From: Octopus sinensis | Lineage: Eukaryota | Assembly: GCF_006345805.1 (NCBI RefSeq) | Contig: NC_043003.1 | Coordinates: 83,204,001 to 83,268,000 of the forward strand | Direction of reading: 5' to 3' | DNA length: 64,000 nucleotides | Shown here: positions 52,940 to 64,000 of the stretch, in pieces | Layout of the letters: every line of letters starts with the position of its first letter | Position numbering within the stretch: position 1 is the stretch's first letter | The notes under the pieces: model-generated | The model's input: only the letters and a program-made list of their open reading frames with translations | Database searches by the model: none | Told to the model about the DNA's origin: nothing | Position numbers and translations under genes: made by a program

Positions 52940-53148
52940 TTGTGTGTCTGTGTTTGTCCCCCTAGCATTGCTTGACAACCGATGCTGGTGTGTTTACGTC
53001 CCCGTCACTTAGCGGTTCGGCAAAAGAGACCGATAGGATAAGTACTGGGTTTACAAAGAATAAGTCCCGGGGTCGATTTGCTCGACTAAAGGCGGTGCTA
53101 CAGCATGGCCGCAGTCAAATGACTGAAACAAGTAAAAGAGTAAAGAGT
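52721..53148 (+). mobile_element. tRNA-derived SINE family D, young full-length copy with internal (TA)n(TG)n
   Basis: GCGCAGGAGTGGCT.TGTGGTAAG head, GGTTCAGTCCC B-box-like, CTTGGGCAAGTGTCTT core, CATGGCCGCAGTCAAATGACTGAAAC tail. Confidence 0.9.
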
Positions 53149-54739
53149 ATTGTGCTGGAACACACATAGTCAATCCTGTCTACAGAGGAATATTAATTGT
53201 CACTCTCTCATTGAATTCCCTTTGTTCATCTCTTCTGTGGCTAAGGCTGAAAAACCACGAAGTTTGGAGAGCGTACAGCATGTCTAAACTGCAACACTGC
53301 ACCCATACAATTAACTACTATTTGTTAGTGTGTAATTTGAACCACTGTCAGAGGCATGGTATATCTAAAATAATATATTTGTGAGCAACACTGAGGCCTT
53401 CGACCGTATATGTACGTGCTATATGTCCCTTCATCCACAACAAACTTTTGTTTGAACATATAGTTAGCTACAGTAACCAACGAAAGATTTTGATTGAAAG
53501 TGGAATCTTGAAGATCGATACGTGATCATTATTCGAGTGATCAATATTCGATTATTCATGTCTTGCCTGATTCTATACTTGCAACTATCTCTCACTTATT
53601 GATCACTTTATCACCGTTATATTAATTATGGCTTTATGTTATCAATATCACATCTCTAAGCCATTCTTCCATACAATATTAAACTATTAAATTATACTAA
53701 GCTATACTGCAAAGCATCTAGGGAGGCATCAGGCGGTTCATCTGTTAGCTAAAAATTCCAGTCAAGTTACCCCCAAACCTGTAAAGTCTTGTAAAAGAAA
53801 TAGAATATAGTATTTAATGTACTCTAGAAAATGTGAATGATACATTACTGATGTACATTACAGAATGATACATTACTGATATATTACAAGCCAAATTAAA
53901 GTCGCTTTGGATGGTAAAAGCAATGACTAATATATAATACTTTCTCCTCATCTGGGATAATTTTTAATTAAAATTTAACTAAAATTTTATCAGTAATTTC
54001 CCATTTAATTCACTATTTTTAAGATGATAAACGTCGCTGAGCGTGCTTCCCAGTCATTTTTATGAAATGGTATCACCACTCCTTGTTCCTTTAATAGAAA
54101 CTGATATAATTTCTTCTTATATCATCCAAGCTCTGGCAGCTTCGGTTAATATACATCTCGTTGATGAGGATTAAGAAGATGGAAATGTGCTTAAAGCTGT
54201 CAAATTTCTACCAAAAAACTGGCGTCAAACGCAATTGTATTCAATATTTTTAATTATTTTTTAATTAATTATAAGTTGGTGTTGTCTCCCCTGCCTTTCT
54301 TGATAAGAATTAGATGGTAAGTTTCCCTTCCTCACTATAATTTTACTTTTATCTATAAATTATTATTGTTTCTTTTCTCACAACATCAATTATACTGGTT
54401 ACCACTTTAACTGCCAACTATACTATAACACCTGTGCAAGCAGGAAGCAATACTACAGCGTTTTCTTCTGGTGTTGCCGCGCTCTATTGCTTTTCAAGAA
54501 AACAATACTAGCTGAATGTCCGCACACTGTTCTCTTTTAAATAAATGTTAAAATGCTTTTCTCACTAATTTTGACAAGTGACAACTCAGTAGACATCAGC
54601 TTCCATAAAACACAGCAGCCAATTAACGAATGTCATCAAGTTGGAAGCAGTTTTATTACCAATAGTTTTTTACTTTGTTTCTGTCTTTTTTTTTTATATT
54701 TCATTTTCTTTTAGCAAGTGTACTTGTTGTTTATTTTAA

Positions 54740-55154
54740 ATTTAGTGCATAAGTGCGTATGTTTGTGTGTGTTGTTTGTATGTTTGTGTGTCTGTTGTAT
54801 GTATGTGTATGCTGTTTCTCTCTGTGTTGTGAGTGTTGTTTGCGCGCGTATATGTGTGCGTTGCGTGTATGTGTGAAAGCATTTAAGACAAGGCGATGTG
54901 ATGGATGTGCGCGGTTGAGTATTGTGCACATGTGAATGTATATACGCGAACGGTTACCTGCATATGTATGTGTTTATTCGTGTATGTGTATGTGTGTGTG
55001 AGTGTGTGTGTGCCTCTGTCTGTGCGTGTGTATCTATGTGTGTGTGTGTAATGCACAAGTGTTTGAGACGAGGTGATGTGATGGCTGTGCGTGTTTGAGT
55101 ACTGTGCACATGTGAATGTATGTGTGCGAACGGATACATGCGTATGTGTTTATT

Positions 55155-55202
<48 letters not shown>

Positions 55203-55732
55203 AGTTGTTTGTGTGTGTTGCATGTATACTATACGTGTTGTGCTGAGTGTGTCTGAAATTGAGTGGTCTGCACCGTCAGTGCGTGGAATATATATATATG
55301 CACATGTATGTATCTATACATGCTATATAACAATATGTATGTGTGGTTCTGTGTAAGTGTATTGTACGTGTTTATATGCATACGCATATACTTGCGTGTG
55401 TGATCAGAGTGAGATGTTTGCGTGTATGTGTGTGGTGTGTCTCTGTGTGTGTGTGTGTGTGCGAGCGTGTGTGAATGTGTGAATGTGCGTGCGCGTATGT
55501 CTAATGTGTGCATGTGCGTTTTTGTGGCATCCATTAGTGAATTCTATCGAAACCATTCTCTTGTCGCAACTCTGCTGATTGGTCTTAATCGATCTACTTC
55601 TGGGAAACAAATTTTCAGTGTCAGAGTAGATGTTTCTTTCTGTAACACAGCTACATACATTGTTAGAGTGGGGGGGGGGCTGGAGGTTGGTTCGTTGGCT
55701 GGCTGGCTGATGGAGGCGAATCGATATAGATT

Positions 55733-55828
<96 letters not shown>

Positions 55829-55955
55829 CAGATGGATAGATAGATAGATATAGATAGATAGATAATAGATAGATAGATATAGATAGATAGATAGATAGAT
55901 AGATAGAGATAGATAGATAGATAGATAGATAGGCAGATAGATAGATAGATAGATA
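54740..55955. repeat. (TG)-derived minisatellite with a ~180-bp higher-order repeat, followed by (AGAT)n
   Basis: GATGTGATGG..GAGTA(T/C)TGTGCACATGTGAATGTAT occurs at ~54895 and ~55075. Confidence 0.85.
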
Positions 55956-56484
55956 AAGAGAAATACCCAGCATCTATGATGCACACACAAACATACATAT
56001 TTACGTAAATGTGTTTTGATTCTTCACCAGAAAGTTATATCGGAGTCGCGAATTATTTATAATTACTTATAATTATTCGATGATCGCTTTTAGTGATTTA
56101 TACTTCGATTAAGATGAGTTAAGAGGTAATCAGTTGTGTTTATATGGAATTCTTGGTATACAGATAATACTACTAAGAATCTAATTCCATGCTTAATGTT
56201 TTAGAAGGTATTTTCTGTCTCGGGAGAGAATATTTAGTTCGGTTAATAGAAAAACTCTCGTTTCGATACCTTTCTTCAGCCCGTTTCACTTAGTATGTAA
56301 TCCCATGAAAGAAAACTGAAAGTTATCATTCGTAATTTCAGTAATGTAGAATATTATACATAATTCGTACATACATATAAACATATACGCGCGCACACAC
56401 ACATATATACATATGGTATCTACTGTAATATAGTTTGTTCCAATAGAACACCTACGTTTAAGTGAGGATAAATATTACCTCACG

Positions 56485-56518
<34 letters not shown>

Positions 56519-56729
56519 ACACACATGCGCACAAACAAAAAAAAAGGAATGCAGTGTAAATAACGGACAGAGCCTAGGCTATTGAAAATGTTGCAAGGCG
56601 CAACGAAAATTTTAGGAAAATAAAAATAAGAAATAAGGGGAAATTTTACTGGCACAAAAAGAAAATGACTCTCCCCAGAAACAATAGAACACATACACAC
56701 ACATATATGTATATGTATATATATATATG

Positions 56730-57026
56730 ATGGATTCTCCCGTCGTCAGGTGACGTATGGGGGTTCGACAATTTCTTAGCGAACAACCAACCACAGAAAT
56801 GCTTTGTTTATAGTGATCAAATGTTTGTGCACACATAAGTCACTCCTTCCACCAAATTGACATTATCTAGACAGGAGCAACGGGTGCTATATGTCAGATG
56901 GCGAAATGACCGCAGAGCAACGAGAAATGAAGTACTTTGCTCAATAACACAGCGCAACGCCCGGTCTGGGAATCGAACCCACGAACTCGCAATCGTGAGG
57001 GCTGCACCTTAAGCCATGCGCCTTCA
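56730..57026 (-). mobile_element. tRNA-derived SINE, B-type head with a different body
   Basis: Reverse complement GGCGCATGGCTT..GGTTCGATTCCCAGACCGGGCGTTG. Confidence 0.7.
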
Positions 57027-57110
57027 CGGGCGAATCCCAGCTGGCGATATTGCAACAACTTCCTCTTCTTCTTCTCCCTTCTCCTTCTCCTGATAAATAT
57101 ATAGATAGTT

Positions 57111-57273
57111 AGGCGCAGGAGTGGCTGTGTGGTAAGTAGCTTGCTGACCAACCACATGGTTCCGGGTTCAGTCCCACTGCGTGGCATCTTGGGCAAGTGT
57201 CTTCTGCTATAGCCCCGAGCCGACCAATGCCTTGTGAGTGGATTTGGTAGACAGAAACTGAAAGAAGCCTGTC

Positions 57274-57325
<52 letters not shown>

Positions 57326-57538
57326 TTCTGTGTTCGTCCCCCTAGCATTGCTTGACAACCGATGCTGGTGTGTTTACGTCCCCGTCACTTAGCGGTTCGG
57401 CAAAAGAGACCGATAGAATAAGTACTGGGCTTACAAAGAATAAGTTCTGGGGTCGAGTTGCTCGACTAAAGGCGGTGCTCCAGCATGGCCGCAGTCAAAT
57501 GACTGAAACAAATAAAAGAGTAAAAAGAGTAAAGAGTT
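57111..57538 (+). mobile_element. SINE family D, young full-length copy
   Basis: Nearly identical to 52721-53148. Confidence 0.9.
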
Positions 57539-58019
57539 ATACAGAGAGAGGGGAGGAGGAGGAGGAGGAGGAGGAGGGGAGGAGTTGCTGCAGCATTGCT
57601 CGCTGGGATTCGACGTCTTGTTTTCTGTAAAGCGTACAGCCGTGCAAAACTTTGTACTAAAGTAACGTTAGGACTTTGACCATCTTGATTAGAAAACTTA
57701 ACTATGATTAAGGTCCGCTATGATTACTCATAGCGGACCTGTCAATTGGGATCTTAATCTACACATATCCAAAGTATGATATTTGTGGTAGTATGATATT
57801 TATGCTAATAAAAATATATATATATCTTTAATCTTTAATCTTTAAATTGTTTCAGCTTCAAAGCTGCGGTCATGCCGAGGCACCACCGTTGACATTGCTA
57901 GAGCACTAAATAGTGCTCCTCTGATACATCCTTCACAACAGGAGATACAATTTTGTTTTGAAGACACCTCCATCCACACCATGCAGGCCTCTTATACATT
58001 TTGGAAGGATATTGAAGAT

Positions 58020-58950
58020 ATATATATATATATACTACATATGTGGGAAATTCTATCTGTGGGTGTGTTTGTGGAGTTGTTAGCTAACCCCTCATACATT
58101 GTTTTATCGATTTTGATGAAATTTGACATGTGAGTAGAACTCATGTCTGGAAACCTAATGATATACTCAGATTGTTGAAAAGAAATCGGTAATAGAGCCC
58201 CTGGAAGGGATCCTTATATATAGCCAAGAGAAACAACCCATTCAATTACTTAAATTGTTTGGTAAAAATGAAATTAAGTATGCTTCTTTCTTAGTATTTT
58301 CGCAATTTATCCTTAAACAAGTAAATAGTATTTTTCTAAACAATAGATCCACTTATTTCGGTTAGTGACTTATACACGAATATACCAACACTAGCACCCT
58401 AAGTGTAATATTCTCTGGGAACGCACAAAAGCTCTTTCCAGAGTTATTTACTTTGAATTGTTATTATCTCATATCTGATTAACCTGTCATTACGTAACTC
58501 GCTTCACGATTTTAGTATACATACCTTATTAGTATTTCCTCCTACGTTCTATATACTCTGGGAACGCATTAAAGCCCTTTTCATGGCTACTTTATTTTAA
58601 TTCTTACTATCGAGTAACTAATTTCATGTTATTACATAACTGACTTCACAATTTTAGTGTTCATAACTTATTGGGAATTCATAAAAACCATATTCTGTGT
58701 AAGATAGTTTAGTATTCTCTGTAAATGCACAAAAATGTTTTATGGGCTATACACTTTGTACTGCTGTTATTGGATTAGTGAAACAATTATGAGAATGGGA
58801 CCTATGGAATTACTGGGAATTAAATTTGTTCACGGGAAACGTTTTGAATATGCAAACAAAGCTCCTTTTGCTACAGTCTAATGATATTGACTAGTGAACC
58901 AGTTTTGGGGGGTTGCCCCGAGCTGTGCCGATATAATGTAACATAAATAT
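58020..58950 (+). mobile_element. Possible non-autonomous Helitron-like element with ~150-bp internal subrepeats
   Basis: 5' block TATCTGTGGGTGTGTTTG..ATCGATTTTGATGAAATTTG resembles Lep1/HINE-type ends from memory; subrepeats at 58410, 58555, 58714; no clear 3' terminus. Confidence 0.35.
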
Positions 58951-59059
58951 AGTAATAATAACAGTCCTTGGATGGAGTTTAGAAATATAAGAACATAAAC
59001 AAATAAATAAGCAAACCAATACAGTTCTATATTTAAGAGATGAGGAATTATGTACATTA

Positions 59060-59290
59060 TTTACATTCGACGGATATTTGTCCTCATCTTTTTGGTTGTT
59101 AACACAACGTTTCGGCTGATATACCCCACATGCCTTCTTGAAGTGTCTTGGGAAAAATTCGACCCTGGGTTCTCATTTCTAAGGTATTTTTCGATGTTAC
59201 TATTACTATTATTGTTGTTGTTGTTGTTGTTGTTCAGTTTACTGCTTGGAATCGAACTCGGAATATTGAGGTTAGTAGCCCGCGCTCTAA
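59060..59290 (-). mobile_element. tRNA-headed SINE-like element with internal (AAC)n and a decayed hammerhead-like motif
   Basis: B box GAGTTCGATTCC; downstream GACAC-TTCAAGA-AGGC..GCC-GAAA-CGTT-GTGTT. Confidence 0.6.
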
Positions 59291-59561
59291 AAAGGGAGAC
59301 AATTTAGGAGAGAGAAAAACACGTCCGTTCGTTTAAATATCCGTGTAGGAAAAGAAAGATGGTCAGTTTAAGCAACGAGAGAGAGAAAGAGAAAGAGGGG
59401 AGAGAGAGAAAGATAGAAAACGGTGAAGGAGGGGGGAGAAAAGGGAGTTAGAGAAGGATGGACGAAGAAAACAGTATAAAGTAGAGAGTGACATCAAAGA
59501 GGTGAAGACAAATTTACTTGGAGATGGATGCGTCGAGTTCAGTTAAATGATAATTAATAAT

Positions 59562-59950
59562 AGGCGCACTAGTAGCTGTGTGGTAAGCAGCTTGCTTACC
59601 AACCACATGGTCCCGGGCTCAGTCTCACTGCATGGTACCTTGGGCAAGTGTCTTCCACTATAGTCTCGAGTCGATCAAAGCCTTGTGAGTGGATTTAGTA
59701 CACGGAGATTGAAAGAAGCCCGTCGTATATATATGTGGAGTGGTGTTTGTGTGTCTGTGTTTTACCCCCATCATCGCTTGACAACCGATGCTAGTGTATT
59801 CGTGTCTCTGTAACTTAGTGGTTCGCCAAAAGAAGCGATATAATAAGTACTAGGCTTACAAATTAATAAATCCTGGGGTTGATTTGCTCGACTAAAGGCG
59901 GTGCTCCACCATGGCCGCTGTGAAATGACTGAAGCAAATAAAAGAATAAA
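59562..59950 (+). mobile_element. SINE family D copy
   Basis: Homology to 57111-57538. Confidence 0.85.
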
Positions 59951-60583
59951 ATAATAATATATATATAATTCCAAGAGAGATAGTGGTTGTGAATCCAACC
60001 AACTAAGGGATATCTATCCAATATACTGCTGGTAGAATACCCAATTATTAATACACAAGTGTTTTGTTTTTATTGCATGGCAACTACACTACTGAATGTA
60101 ATAAACGGGTGAGGGTAAAAAGTTGTTTTACCCTTAATTTATATAGCAATAAGAAAATGGAGGGGATCAAAAGTTTGTATTCATCAACTTATAGACATTA
60201 TATAATGTCTATTTATGTATTTTTATAAAATACAATTATAGCAATATACATATATGTATAAAAAATTATGCTTTACATATATAATATATTAAATATAAGA
60301 TATAAAAATACCAGTAATTATTAAAATATATAACGTAGAACATAGAAAGTAGGATCAAATCTTACATCTGTTTCAGCCAAGAAGCCATAGTATCCCATTC
60401 TAATTTTATCCCTCCAGTGCACTGAAGTATTTGGTAGATAAGTTTAAGGTACCTAGGTGGGTCTCTAGGTTTCGTCAGAGAGTTTAGAAAGTTCATAAGA
60501 CTGCAATTTAAAAATCAATGTATCTTAAGATTATGTATATACACATATACATACACACACACACACGCATATATATATATATA

Positions 60584-60660
<77 letters not shown>

Positions 60661-60668
<8 letters not shown>

Positions 60669-60864
60669 TTAGAGATAAAACCACTATTAGGCAAATCATA
60701 CAATGAAAAACTTAAGCTAATACATAAGATTATTTAATTTAAATTATTTAAATATATAACAATATATAAATATATAAATAATATAAATTAAATAATCTTA
60801 TGTATTGGCTTACGTTTTTCATTGTATGATTTGCCTAATAGTGGTTTTATCTCTTATTTAATAT
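60661..60864. repeat. Inverted repeat with ~80-bp arms and an AT spacer, beside (TA)n
   Basis: AGAGATAAAACCACTATTAGGCAAATCATACAATGAAAAAC mirrored at ~60812-60852. Confidence 0.9.
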
Positions 60865-60943
60865 AATATAATATTTTACTATAAAATTGGATTCAATCCT
60901 AAATCTGGTTTTTCCCTGTAAGTTTGGATTTATTTCCTAATAT

Positions 60944-60989
<46 letters not shown>

Positions 60990-61166
60990 CAAAATTAGAA
61001 AATGGAGAAACATACTTAAATCAATAAAACATCAACTATCAGATGATACCCAATCAATACTTTATTACACCATTACATTCAGTAAAGGCATTATACAAAA
61101 TATAAAGTAAATATAAATAGACAAGGAAATAGAAATATAAAAATATAAAAATATAATATATAATTA

Positions 61167-61286
61167 TATCATATCTGACAGCTGTTTCGGCAGTAAGGGC
61201 AGTCATACCTCATTTAACCTATAAGCCATAAAGGCAGGTATAAATGAGGCATTAACAAGGATGCCCCACGGCCTCTTCAGAGAATT
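61167..61286 (-). ncRNA. Type I minimal hammerhead ribozyme fold (Penelope pLTR type) with extended stem II
   Basis: Minus strand UCU-CUGAAGA-GGC...GCC-GAAA-CAGCUG-UC-AGA; intact core, palindromic stem III ACAGCUGU, GUC site. Confidence 0.65.
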
Positions 61287-61656
61287 TAATTTGTTATAAT
61301 TGTGAAAAAAATTATTTTTCCATATACATATAAATATAAAAATATAAAAATGTAAAATATAAAAATTTGTGCATAACTCCATAATGCTACACATATATAT
61401 AATACTCATTGGTACAATAATGCAAGGTAAACAAAACAAAATAAAACAAAATATATATCAGTGTATATATTAATATTAATAAGCACAGTTATTTTACATA
61501 TTTAGCTAATAGTTCTAAAAACTAACACATAGGGAGATGTATGCGCACTACTATTTAAATTAAAATCATCCCTATACCTGAAAATAATAATAAAAAAACC
61601 ATAGTTCAGTTCATAAAATTATAAACCTATAAAAGTCAATATAAATTACTGTTAAT

Positions 61657-61687
<31 letters not shown>

Positions 61688-61895
61688 GATACAGTTAAGT
61701 TAGCACCAAGTACATCCATTCAAAATCGAAATAACTATGAGTTTAGTTATCCTGTCCGCTTGATATTGATTATTCTAGATTCATATATATTCATATATAT
61801 TTTTACGTACAAACATACCCATAGGTATAATTATATAAAATGAATAATACGAACTGTTGCAATATACTCGTGTGTGTGTATATGTGTGTGCGAGC

Positions 61896-61940
<45 letters not shown>

Positions 61941-62139
61941 GAATTATATGGAAATATAATATTCCTTCACGTGCTCTCTCACTCATAAGAAAAATATATC
62001 ACATGCTAATAAAAGAAACAAAAAATTAAACTCTGAGCGGTCCCCTCCCTTTAAGTGAACTTTCTCCTTCCTTTCTGTTTCTTAGCAAACTCTATTTTTC
62101 ATCCGCCCCTTAGTCTGAAAGCAAACGTAGGTAGCATCA

Positions 62140-62478
62140 CCAACAGTCGCCAGTCAAATTTCACAAGTACATGTTTAAATTTTCTAAGATGTTGAAAGTA
62201 TATTGAAAAGGCATGGAAGAGAAACCTTGATGATTGCTTCATAATCCGGATAGAATCTCTAACTGCTCTGGAAGAGTTCAATACCCTCCTGAACAACCTA
62301 CACACATCTCTCTAGTTTACAAAGGAGATGAATAGTACCAAATTACCATTCCTCGATACAATTGTAATTAAAAATGACACCACCATTACCACAGATATAT
62401 ACTATAAACACGGACACACATCAATACCTGGATATTAAGTCGTGCTGTCAACCACATACAAAACGCAACATCCCATAC
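62140..62478 (+). pseudogene. Penelope-like element reverse transcriptase fragment
   Basis: WKRNLDDCFI, FNTLLNNLH, FTKEM..KLPFLD, TTDIYYK, DTHQYL, HTKRNIPY; stop and frameshift. Confidence 0.85.
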
Positions 62479-63300
62479 TGCGGAACCAAAAGAATCTTCG
62501 TCTTCCATCGCACGAATTTTGGTAAGAATTGTTCGGCCTGTACTGGCTGACACACCGCCAACATACGACTAGATACACCATTTTGTTAAATGCAGCACTG
62601 CCCACTGTATCAACTTTTCCCTGTTCTTCTTCTTCTTCTTCCTCCTCCTTTCCTTCTTCCGATTCTTCTTTTTCTTCCTCTTCCTGTCGTCCTACTTCCC
62701 TTTCGTCATCTTCTATTCGTTTCCCTCCCCTCCTTCCCTTTCCTTCTCTTACCATTATACGTATCCGCTCTCCTGATTCTCCTCCCCCACATATCATTTT
62801 CACGTATTGAAATCGCATACACGTTTTCAATTTTTTCTTTTTTATTTCCTTCCGATATTTTCCCAACAACAAGGTCTGAAAGACGCACAATATAATAGCA
62901 CGCCTTTGATGCAAATCTGAAGAAGCGTCTCTCCAGTGCCTAAAACCGCAAATAGTATGTGACATTTCATTTAGCATGTTTGCGTAAACTGGCGTTGTAA
63001 ATGGAGACGGTACGGAAACATTTGTAACTTATAATTAAAGATATGTTAAAGAATTTTCCTTGTCTTCTTTTAATTAGCATGTCAGTCATTAAGATAAGTG
63101 CTTCTCGTTGCTATGAGTTGCTTAACTCTTATTTCTAGCAATACTGATGCTGACAAGTGCTCTCAGTCACTTTAGTGACATACACACACGCACGCACTTA
63201 TATATATATATATATATATAATAGGGAATATTATTCCAAACTTACAGGGAAAAATTCAATTTAGAAATATTAAATCAAATTTCACAAAATATTATATATA

Positions 63301-63379
<79 letters not shown>

Positions 63380-63408
63380 TTGTGTGTATGTGTTTGTGCG
63401 TGTGTGTG

Positions 63409-63690
63409 GAGGCACATGGCTTAGTGGTTAGAGCAGCGGACTCGCGGTCGACGGATTGCGGGTTCGAATCTCAGTCTAGGCGATGTGTGTGTTTATGAGC
63501 GAAATACCTAAGCCCCACGCGGCTCCGGCAGAAGGTAATGTCGAACTACTACTGACTCTTTCTCTCACTCTTTCCTCCTGCATCTCGTAGCTCACCTGCG
63601 ACGGACCGACGTCCCGTCCAAGTGGGGAACCTATACGCCAAGGAAACCGAGAAACCTGCCCTTATGAGCCAGGTATGGCTCGAGAAGGAA
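63409..63690 (+). mobile_element. SINE family B/C full-length copy
   Basis: GGAGGCACATGGCTTAGTGGTTAGAGC head, GGTTCGAATC B box, GACGTCCCGTCCA module. Confidence 0.85.
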
Positions 63691-64000
63691 CAAACAAACA
63701 TATATATATATTTTGTTCTATTAAGAGTTTTATTAGTCAGATGACTATTATTATAGTTATATAAGTATTTAAGCAACTTTGTATTATATATTCATATGTG
63801 TGCATCTCTTTCTATGTGTGTGTCTATGAGTATGTCTGTGTGTTTTTGTGTGTGCATACATGCAACCACGCGTAATATATATGTCTAAACAAAAGAATAA
63901 ACCACTTAGTACCTTGAATAAACTTTGATTTTAAGTAAACAGTTGAATGATTCATTAATACATTACGTGTGGGGCAAAATTTGATGTGCTAGTAAATCAA

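Overview
AT-rich, microsatellite-laden animal genomic DNA, not prokaryotic; there is no CRISPR array, rRNA or true tRNA gene. The SINE families and simple-repeat landscape fit an octopus (cephalopod) genome best, which is my recognition and is not database-checked. Most of the window is repeats: dozens of tRNA-derived SINEs, a decayed mariner with both TIRs, a Tc1 fragment, and relics of Tx1/L1-clade, R4/Dong-like, CR1/L2-like and Penelope-like retroelements. There are also hairpin elements, a head-to-head palindromic array of ~460-480 bp units, and scattered probable exons of an unidentified + strand gene. The main candidate system is a three-tier retroposon set. First, a 1.7 kb full-length retroposon (23674-25373, -) with a target-site duplication encodes only a Tx1-like ORF1 (RRM-like, CCHC knuckle, extra C-terminal domain) and no RT. 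Second, a divergent sister copy lies at 41171-41844. Third, both share a conserved 3' hairpin, and their terminal ~40 nt match the tail of the youngest SINE subfamily here. Also notable are a hammerhead-ribozyme fold with an unusually long stem II (61167-61286, -) and a tRNA-headed SINE carrying a decayed hammerhead (59060-59290, -). Small indels between repeat units may partly be uncorrected long-read errors.
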